Assembly: GCA_040220235.1 (NCBI GenBank)
Contig: JAVJTO010000114.1
Strand: one strand, 5' to 3'
Source of the DNA: Coleofasciculus sp. B1-GNL1-01
GTDB lineage: Bacteria; Cyanobacteriota; Cyanobacteriia; Cyanobacteriales; Coleofasciculaceae
DNA: 24,790 bases
The position numbers were made by a program, and so were the translations under genes. Positions 18,212 through 24,790 of the stretch are shown here, one piece after another. Under the pieces are notes generated by a model that was given only the letters and a program-made list of their open reading frames with translations, made no database searches and was not told the origin of the DNA. Numbering within the stretch: position 1 is the stretch's first letter; each line of letters begins with the position of its first letter.

Positions 18212-19516
18212 TTGAGTGATTCAACGCTGGAGCGGATTTTAAATCAAGCCACTCAGCAGGCAGAAGCGGCTGAGGTTTACTATTTGTCTAGTCAAGATAC
18301 ACCCATTACCTTTGAAAATAATCGTTTAAAATCCCTGCAAACCAAAGCCCGTGAGGGAATAGCGCTGCGACTTGTATGTGATGGACGTCTGGGATTTGCC
18401 AGTTCTACTGATTTGAGTCGCCTAGACGAATTGGTGTCCGCTGCGATACAAACGTCTGAAATTGGCGCTCCCGTCGAGTTTGAGTTGGCTAGGGATGTAC
18501 AACTGACGACACCGACCAGCGATTTTCAGCCCCCGCCCACCCAAGAATTGGTTGAGGTGGGACAAGGGTTAATTGAGCAGGTTCATGCTTATAACCCAGA
18601 TATATTGGTGGATGTCGGGTTTCACATTCGCTCGAGTTCGGTGAAAATTGCTACCACGAGTAACGTTTGGACACAACGTAGCCGCCAAATCCTGAGTGCT
18701 AGTCTCTCAGGGAACTTAGTTAAGGGAGAAGACTTTCTTCAGGCTTATAGCTATGATATTCAGCGGGATGGGTATCCGGATTGCGATCGCATCCTGCAAG
18801 ACTTGCTGCTAAAGTATAAACGGGCAGAGCGACAGGCGACGATCAGCAGTGGAACGTTTCCGGTTCTATTTACACCCAGAGCAGTAGCCAGTACCATTGG
18901 GCGCTTGTTTGATACAATTCTTTCTGGGCAAGCTGTGGTACAAAAGGCGTCTCCTTTAGCGGATAAAGTAGGTGAACAACTCTTTGATCCACGTTTAACC
19001 TTATTTGAAGACCCCAGTATCGGTGCTTCCGCTTGTCCGTTTGATGATGAAGGAACACCTACCCAAAGAAAAGTATTAATTGAAAATGGTAGTGTTAAGC
19101 AATTTTACTGGGATCGACGTTGGGCGGCGCGAGGGGGATGTCAACCCAGTGGGAATGGTTTCCGGAGTGGGTTATCTCGTCCCATACCCGATTTGGTGAA
19201 TCTGTGCATGATTCCAGGAAAGACAGCCATGCCGGATTTAATTGCTGGGATGAAAGAAGGGCTGATTGTTGATCAAGTGTTGGGTGCCGGTCAATCGAAT
19301 CAGCTAGCTGGGGAGTTTTCCGTGAATCTGGATTTAGGTTACAAAGTCGAGAATGGGGAAATCGTGGGTCGGGTTAAAAATACTATGGTAGCGGGTAGCA
19401 TTTTTGAGGCGTTTAAAAGTCTAGTCGATTTAGGAGTGTCACCCGAATGGGTTGGGGGAAGCGCTTATCTACCTTGTCTGTTATTTGAAAAGTTAAGTGT
19501 AAAAAGTAAAAAGTAA
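18212..19516 (+). CDS. TldD/PmbA family protein, TldE/PmbA-like subunit
   Basis: GIALRLVCDGRLGFASS, PFDDEGTPT, SGNG, GEFSV...GYKVENGEI; no HExxH. TTG start. Confidence 0.88.
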   Translation: MSDSTLERILNQATQQAEAAEVYYLSSQDTPITFENNRLKSLQTKAREGIALRLVCDGRLGFASSTDLSRLDELVSAAIQTSEIGAPVEFELARDVQLTTPTSDFQPPPTQELVEVGQGLIEQVHAYNPDILVDVGFHIRSSSVKIATTSNVWTQRSRQILSASLSGNLVKGEDFLQAYSYDIQRDGYPDCDRILQDLLLKYKRAERQATISSGTFPVLFTPRAVASTIGRLFDTILSGQAVVQKASPLADKVGEQLFDPRLTLFEDPSIGASACPFDDEGTPTQRKVLIENGSVKQFYWDRRWAARGGCQPSGNGFRSGLSRPIPDLVNLCMIPGKTAMPDLIAGMKEGLIVDQVLGAGQSNQLAGEFSVNLDLGYKVENGEIVGRVKNTMVAGSIFEAFKSLVDLGVSPEWVGGSAYLPCLLFEKLSVKSKK

Positions 19517-19519
19517 GTT

Positions 19520-19585
19520 GTAGGGGCGGGTTTAGCCGTTTAATGGTGATCCACACCGATAATCTATCAACAAAACCCGCCCTTA
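19520..19585. repeat. REP-like element GTAGGGGCGGGTTT...AAACCCGCCCTTA
   Basis: 13-bp arms (one G-U pair) around an ~40-nt spacer, directly after the tldE stop; begins with GTAG. Confidence 0.8.
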
Positions 19586-19688
19586 TTAATAATAAAAAGA
19601 ATGAATTAAAATAGTGGTGAAATCCTATAATAACTGTACTGGTATTCCCAGGAATACAGCAAAAATACGATAATAAGGAGTAAATTTG

Positions 19689-20483
19689 GTGAAGCCAGGA
19701 TTGATAAATAAATTTTTGGTCGTTCGTTCAGTTCTCAGTCGCCTACGGATGATTGGGGTTGTCCTGCTGGTGTCATTACTCCTATCTGGCTGCGTTAAAT
19801 ATGATGTTTTAGTCAACGTCAAGGATGAAAACCACGGCGCGATTGTGCAGCAAATCCGCTTGGGAGAACAACTGAGAAGTTTTAGTAATGCTCAAGCAAC
19901 TGAATGGCTCAAAAGTATTGAACGACGTGCTAAGGAACTCCACGGAAAAACGACGCGCCGTTCTCCGCAAACGCTGGTAGTCACAATTCCATTTAGTAAT
20001 GGGCAGGAATTAACCACCAAATTTAACCAATTTTTCAATCCAGTCAACCCAACGGCTAGGAAGGCTAAGGATAGGGGAACTGTTGATTTACCCAGTCTTG
20101 ACTCGACGTTAAGTTTGGATCAACGTAGCTTTTTTGTGGTGCAACGGAATCAGTTAAACTATGAACTAGATTTGCGATCGCTAGCCGTGCTTTCGGCAAA
20201 GGGGAGTGTAATCGTTAGTCCGGGTTCGCTGTTGGATTTGCAGTTTAGTTTACAGACTCCTTGGGGGGCAAACATTCTTGATTTAGGGAATAATACGATT
20301 ACGCCCCAGATTTATGAGGATGGACATCAGCTTGTGTGGACTCTGATTCCGGGTCAACTTAACAGCCTAACTGTGGTATATTGGGTTCCTAGTCCTCTGG
20401 GTATTGGAACGATTGCGATTGTGCTGTTGATTTTAGGAGGTTTTTATGTGAAGTATAAATCATTTGGGGTAACAAAAGCATAA
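19689..20483 (+). CDS. DUF3153-like membrane-anchored lipoprotein
   Basis: Lipobox LLSGC followed by VKYDV; LDLRSL; C-terminal WVPSPLGIG plus a TM helix. Start codon uncertain (TTG 19686, GTG 19689 or later). Confidence 0.75.
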   Translation: MKPGLINKFLVVRSVLSRLRMIGVVLLVSLLLSGCVKYDVLVNVKDENHGAIVQQIRLGEQLRSFSNAQATEWLKSIERRAKELHGKTTRRSPQTLVVTIPFSNGQELTTKFNQFFNPVNPTARKAKDRGTVDLPSLDSTLSLDQRSFFVVQRNQLNYELDLRSLAVLSAKGSVIVSPGSLLDLQFSLQTPWGANILDLGNNTITPQIYEDGHQLVWTLIPGQLNSLTVVYWVPSPLGIGTIAIVLLILGGFYVKYKSFGVTKA

Positions 20484-20533
20484 GATGTCAACAATTGATT
20501 TAAAATAGATATAATTTAAAAGGAAAGAATGTT

Positions 20534-21436
20534 ATGAAATTTCCCTTCAAAAGCCAAGTCATGAAATTAAGAGGCTTTTTATATAAAAAAATTAGCTATA
20601 GAAATATTACTATATTAACGATGACTGATGGAAATAAATTAATCGGTCAGCTACTGAAAAAGCAAACTCCATCAGCTATTGGTAAAATAGGAGCGACAGA
20701 AAACCAAGTTATCCGCGAATTTTTAAGTCAAGGTGAAATAAATTCTTCATCAAAATCATGTCAATTTTTGTATAGTTATTCAGGTGTTTTTCCAAAAAAT
20801 AATAAAATAATTGAAACATTTTGTGTCCAATTCATAGATGCTATAAAAGACCTTGATCTTCTAGCAGCGTGGTTCAATTATGGAGAAGCTAATATAATTA
20901 AAAACTATGCAATTAAAGCAAAAGCAATAGATCTAAAGGCATTAGAACCTTACTATCATGAAGATCCTTGGAGTAGATATTTAGAAAACAAAAAAATATT
21001 AGTCATTCATCCTTTTGCGGAAAGTATAGAAAAACAATATAAAAACAGAAGTAAAATATGGGTAAATAAAGATTGCCTTCCTGTATTTGAGTTAAATACA
21101 ATTAAAGCTCCTTTGTCAGATTCTATCGTTAAATCAGAGTTTGATAGTTGGATTGAAGCGCTAAATTACATGAAAAATGAAATGGAGCAAAAAGAGTTTG
21201 ATGCCCTTATCGTAGGTGCGGGAGCGTATTCTCTTCCCCTTGTTGCTCACGCAAAAAAAATGGGTAAAGTTGGTATACATCTTGGTGGAGCCACTCAAAT
21301 TTTATTTGGCATAAAGGGAGGACGTTGGGATAATCATGAAATTGGGCAAAAGTTTTACAATGACTATTGGATTCGTCCCTCAAAGCAAGAAACACCTGAA
21401 AACCTCACTAAAGTAAGAACTTCTGAATATTGGTAG
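20534..21436 (+). CDS. AT-rich hypothetical protein, probable GT-D-fold-like glycosyltransferase
   Basis: 300-aa ORF with IGKIGATE, LEPYY..PWS..LENKKILVIHPF and FDALIVGAGAYSLPL...KKMGKVGIHLGG. Confidence 0.65.
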   Translation: MKFPFKSQVMKLRGFLYKKISYRNITILTMTDGNKLIGQLLKKQTPSAIGKIGATENQVIREFLSQGEINSSSKSCQFLYSYSGVFPKNNKIIETFCVQFIDAIKDLDLLAAWFNYGEANIIKNYAIKAKAIDLKALEPYYHEDPWSRYLENKKILVIHPFAESIEKQYKNRSKIWVNKDCLPVFELNTIKAPLSDSIVKSEFDSWIEALNYMKNEMEQKEFDALIVGAGAYSLPLVAHAKKMGKVGIHLGGATQILFGIKGGRWDNHEIGQKFYNDYWIRPSKQETPENLTKVRTSEYW

Positions 21437-21514
21437 ACTCTAATTCAGCCCAAAAAGACCGTTGTATCCGTATCCATGTATAAGCTTTTGTCCCAGGTTC
21501 AATAGGGTTATCAA

Positions 21515-22306
21515 TCACAAAAATATTGTCAGTAAACAGAGCAATAAGGCTTCCGTCCATTCCACCACTGCCCCATAAGTATCCCCTGTATGTCCTCCCA
21601 ACTGGCGGTAAAACCAGAACCCGATCAAAAGCGCGATCGCACATCCTCCTCCGGCGCTAATTATCGCTAGCACCAGACTACCTCTATTCACGATTAAAGG
21701 TAATCCACATACCCCCAAGAGTAAAAATGCCCCCCACAGACTATCAATCGGCACCCGAATCCCTGGTTGATGAAATGCGCCTTTTCCTGTGGGTTTGAGG
21801 TACGGATAAATCGAAATCGCCACGACTTGTCCCCAGCGCCCCCATCCGGCTACACTAATCAAGGCAAACCAGCGATGAGTCTCAATATCCGTAAGCGCCG
21901 CCATTTTTAGTAAGAGTAGCGCGATCGCTGCCATCGCCCCAAACGCCCCAGTAACGCTATCTGCCATCACCTCCAGTCGTCGCTTCGGATCTTGTACACC
22001 TAAGCCATCTGCCGTATCCATCACGCCATCTAGATGTAGTCCTCCGGTTAGTGCTACCCAACTCACCACGATAATCCCACTCCGGGTCAAGTGGGGCATA
22101 CCCCAGTGTTGCAACAGAGCGTCTAGCATGGCTAATAGAACGCCAATAAATAGTCCTACGACAGGTGCCCAACGGGCAATGCGCTCAAAGTCTAATCCCC
22201 AACTCATGGGAATGGGGATACAAGTATAAAAGGTGATAGCACCCAACCAAGACTGCCAGGACTTTTGCACCGCTTGCCACATCGATTGCACTCTAAACCC
22301 CTTCAT
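21515..22306 (-). CDS. cobS: Adenosylcobinamide-GDP ribazoletransferase (cobalamin synthase)
   Basis: [47 protein letters not shown]. Confidence 0.95.
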   Translation of the reverse strand: MKGFRVQSMWQAVQKSWQSWLGAITFYTCIPIPMSWGLDFERIARWAPVVGLFIGVLLAMLDALLQHWGMPHLTRSGIIVVSWVALTGGLHLDGVMDTADGLGVQDPKRRLEVMADSVTGAFGAMAAIALLLLKMAALTDIETHRWFALISVAGWGRWGQVVAISIYPYLKPTGKGAFHQPGIRVPIDSLWGAFLLLGVCGLPLIVNRGSLVLAIISAGGGCAIALLIGFWFYRQLGGHTGDTYGAVVEWTEALLLCLLTIFL

Positions 22307-22700
22307 GGAGAATAATCTAATTTAGAGGGACACAGGTGCAGGTAAGCCCGGAAGCACGGGGATACAGGTGTCACAGAGATATTGCGTGGCTCAGGATTTG
22401 GGTTCATAGTTCACTACACAGAAATTTACGTATATTGTCCGATGAATAGCGGGTGAATATTGGGATAGTATGGTTTAGTAACCCTACTGTAATACCCGTA
22501 ACACTCAAGTATTTCAGATAATAATCCACTGGCACGAGCCCGTGGATGAATTTCTGATTCTTGATTGTCATAGCTTCTGACTTGCCTTTAGCTGGGCAGT
22601 CGCTAAAATCGAAGCATTAGGTTTTTCAGTCGGGTTTTACACGAATGCCAATACTCTTTGCAAGGCAATATCAGCCCCTTATGCATCATAGGCTTTACCC

Positions 22701-23153
22701 ATGAGTTATCATCAACCTCCACGCCGACTTCCCGCTCCTTGTATCATTGATACGGGCATTATTATCAATAAGCAGGACATGGGACGCCTACTCACTGATT
22801 TGGGTCGCGTCCGCTATATTCACACCATCGATAGCAACAAGCAAAGTGAGGGAGAAGGATATGTGCTGGAAGTCTTTGCCGATTCCCGCCGTTCTACCCT
22901 GATTGCGAATCAAGCTATCTACATCAATGTCCAGAGTTTTGATTACTTGCAACTGCATCAGACGCCGGAAAAGCAGGCTTATTTCGATTTAGTCCAGGAT
23001 AACCGTCGGCTAAGGCTGATTCCCTTATCCAACCCTTTACATGAGCAATCGGTGGAAACCCTCAACGCCGAAGCCCTGGAAGCCATGGTTACCCAGGTAC
23101 TCAATGCCCGGTGGGATGTACAAATTGATGATGAGGGGGAATGTCCGTTCTAA
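22701..23153 (+). CDS. Hypothetical protein, likely conserved in cyanobacteria
   Basis: 150-aa ORF with ATG start, host-like composition and an acidic C-terminus; 63 bp upstream of tgt. Confidence 0.75.
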   Translation: MSYHQPPRRLPAPCIIDTGIIINKQDMGRLLTDLGRVRYIHTIDSNKQSEGEGYVLEVFADSRRSTLIANQAIYINVQSFDYLQLHQTPEKQAYFDLVQDNRRLRLIPLSNPLHEQSVETLNAEALEAMVTQVLNARWDVQIDDEGECPF

Positions 23154-23216
23154 TCCGCAAATAAAAGAGATGATCAGCCACAATAATCAAAGCATGATCA
23201 CGAAACCTTAACCGCA

Positions 23217-24341
23217 TTGGCTCAAACATACAATTCATTTTCCTTTCAATGTCAGGCATGGTGCAGCCAAACCAAGGCACGCGCCGGATTACTGCACAGT
23301 CCCCATGGTCTGATTGAAACGCCCCGGTTTATGCCCGTGGGTACTTTGGCAACGGTCAAAACTCTAACTCCTGCCCAGTTAGAAGCAGCACAAGCCCACA
23401 TTATTCTTGCCAATACCTATCATCTGCACTTACAACCCGGAGAAGCGATTGTTCGGCAAGCGGGAGGACTGCATCACTTCATGGGTTGGCAGCGCCCAAT
23501 TTTGACGGATTCGGGCGGCTTTCAAGTTTTTAGCTTAAGTAAATTGCGACAAATTAGCGAAGAGGGTGTGGTTTTTCGTTCGCCTCGGGATGGACGGTTA
23601 ATTAATCTCACCCCAGAACGGTCTATTGCTATCCAAAATGCGCTAGGGGCGGACATTATTATGGCATTTGATGAATGCCCGCCGTATCCAGCGAGTCGGG
23701 CGGAGATTGAGGCATCATTGGAACGAACAGATCGCTGGCTGAAGCGCTGTATCAATGCTCACACTCGTGCGGATCAGCAAGCTTTATTTGGTATCGTTCA
23801 GGGCGGTGTGTATCTGGATTTGCGTCGTCAGGCGGCTGAGTCGTTGGTGTCTTTGGATTTACCGGGGTATGCCATTGGTGGGGTGAGTGTGGGGGAACCG
23901 GTGGACTTGATCCATGACATCGTGGCGGCGACGGCACCGTATTTACCCGTTGATAAGCCACGTTATCTGATGGGGGTGGGGACATATCGAGAAATGGCAC
24001 GCGCGATCGCATCAGGTGTGGATTTATTTGATTGTGTGATTCCCACGCGCTTAGGGCGTCATGGGGCGGCGTTGGTTCAGGGGGAACGCTGGAATTTGAA
24101 AAATGCTCGGTTTCGGGAGGATTTTACGGCGTTGGATTCGACTTGTCCCTGTTATTGCTGTCAGAATTTTAGCCGCGCCTACTTAAGTCATCTGGTGCGA
24201 TCGCGGGAAGTTTTGGGCTTTATGTTAATCTCCCTGCATAATGTGACAGAGTTAATTCGCTTTACCCAAAGTATTCGAGAGGCGATTTTACGGGATACTT
24301 TTACCACAGATTTTGCCCGATGGCTAGTGCAGCGGGCATGA
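23217..24341 (+). CDS. tgt: Queuine tRNA-ribosyltransferase (tRNA-guanine transglycosylase)
   Basis: [44 protein letters not shown] and the Zn motif CPCYCC. Confidence 0.97.
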   Translation: MAQTYNSFSFQCQAWCSQTKARAGLLHSPHGLIETPRFMPVGTLATVKTLTPAQLEAAQAHIILANTYHLHLQPGEAIVRQAGGLHHFMGWQRPILTDSGGFQVFSLSKLRQISEEGVVFRSPRDGRLINLTPERSIAIQNALGADIIMAFDECPPYPASRAEIEASLERTDRWLKRCINAHTRADQQALFGIVQGGVYLDLRRQAAESLVSLDLPGYAIGGVSVGEPVDLIHDIVAATAPYLPVDKPRYLMGVGTYREMARAIASGVDLFDCVIPTRLGRHGAALVQGERWNLKNARFREDFTALDSTCPCYCCQNFSRAYLSHLVRSREVLGFMLISLHNVTELIRFTQSIREAILRDTFTTDFARWLVQRA

Positions 24342-24370
24342 AAATACTTGAGCAGCTTCGTAGATACGAT

Positions 24371-24415
24371 GAAGCTGGGGAAGCTGGGGAAGCTGGGGAA
24401 GCTGGGGAAGCTGGG
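24371..24415 (+). repeat. Short tandem repeat (GAAGCTGGG)x5
   Basis: Five perfect 9-bp units 30 bp after the tgt stop. Confidence 0.95.
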
Positions 24416-24448
24416 GGAGATATTAGCTAGTTATTTCTGCCTTCTTGC

Positions 24449-24529
24449 ACTAGTCCGGTCACCACCGCAAAGTATTACCGCCGGGGGGAGGAGGCGAAAC
24501 GACGGGCGGCGCAGCGTTTGGAATTTTAG
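24449..24529 (+). pseudogene. C-terminal remnant of a tyrosine recombinase/integrase
   Basis: Manual translation TSPVTTAKYYRRGEEAKRRAAQRLEF*, resembling the box II tail GH.S..TT..YDRRGE..KR.A; locally GC-rich; no start codon. Confidence 0.7.
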
Positions 24530-24578
24530 TTCTAGAACTAGAATAGGAAGATCATTAACACGATATAGGGTAAAGTCA

Positions 24579-24668
24579 ATGAATGTGTCTTTAACTCCAG
24601 AACTTGAGCAGTTTCTTCAACGCCAAGTAGAGGGCGGGAAATACAAATCACTGGACTTTAGACTATGA
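24579..24668 (+). pseudogene. Truncated ParD-type (ribbon-helix-helix) antitoxin
   Basis: MNVSLTPELEQFLQRQVEGGKYKS matches the ParD_antitoxin N-terminus; similarity is lost before the expected SEV.R.AL helix and the frame stops at 29 aa. Confidence 0.75.
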
Positions 24669-24691
24669 GGTCTGTGTTGAGTTTATTAATC

Positions 24692-24764
24692 AGCCTGGGT
24701 GCGCTCGCCGTAACCAAGTATGTGGGAAAGGGAATCAAGTCATATCGGCGAGTGTGCCCAGGCT
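24692..24764 (+). other. 19-bp stem hairpin with 35-nt loop
   Basis: AGCCTGGGTGCGCTCGCCG / CGGCGAGTGTGCCCAGGCT, fully paired on the + strand with three G-U wobbles. Confidence 0.7.
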
Positions 24765-24790
24765 ATTTATTAGAGCTGCCTATATAGGGC

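Larger units (their letters stand above)
1954..24204. repeat. HIP1 octamers (GCGATCGC), dispersed
   Basis: Seen by eye at 1954, 7478, 7780, 14794, 16383, 18783, 20174, 21633, 21921, 24003 and 24197. Confidence 0.85.

Noticed and set aside
22307..22700. Cobalamin riboswitch upstream of cobS
   Set aside because: No B12-box or conserved core recognisable on the - strand; only a short imperfect repeat GGGA(C/T)ACAGGTG on the + strand.
648..24012. Short antisense or out-of-frame ORFs in the track (e.g. 648-890, 773-970, 1174-1464, 2821-3138, 13667-14038, 14763-15116, 23522-23755)
   Set aside because: They overlap well-supported genes and show no recognisable motifs; treated as shadow ORFs.
24348..24668. 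106-aa ORF with KLG repeats
   Set aside because: Chance read-through of the 9-bp tandem repeat and the out-of-frame integrase remnant; only the last 29 codons resemble a protein family.

Overview
Cyanobacterial chromosome segment: at least 11 HIP1 GCGATCGC octamers, GTAG-type REP-like hairpins and a 9-bp tandem repeat. A filamentous, Coleofasciculus-like host is my inference only. About 0.7-18.2 kb is a mosaic Wzx/Wzy-type surface or exopolysaccharide locus: Wza-like export protein, Wzy-like polymerase/ligase, Wzx flippase, two GT2, two GT4, a WecG/TagA (GT26) transferase, an FkbM methyltransferase, an overlapping exostosin-like (GT47) plus Sulfotransfer_2 pair, and a 945-aa beta-helix/FN3/DUF4114-like extracellular protein. 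Two unannotated ORFs look like cryptic glycosyltransferases (a Zn-ribbon + GT61-like protein and a GT-D-like protein). The right part holds housekeeping genes (tldE/pmbA, DUF3153-like lipoprotein, cobS, a conserved hypothetical, tgt). Both ends are mobile-DNA scars. On the left, a frameshifted IS630 is interrupted by a second element and is itself inserted in a diverged duplicate of the wza 3' end. On the right are a tyrosine-recombinase C-terminal remnant, a truncated ParD-type antitoxin and a long wobble-paired hairpin. The best candidate for an undescribed system is a sulfated and O-methylated glycan pathway with a GT47 + sulfotransferase module co-oriented behind a large secreted protein. 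All family assignments come from motif recognition by eye; no searches were run.
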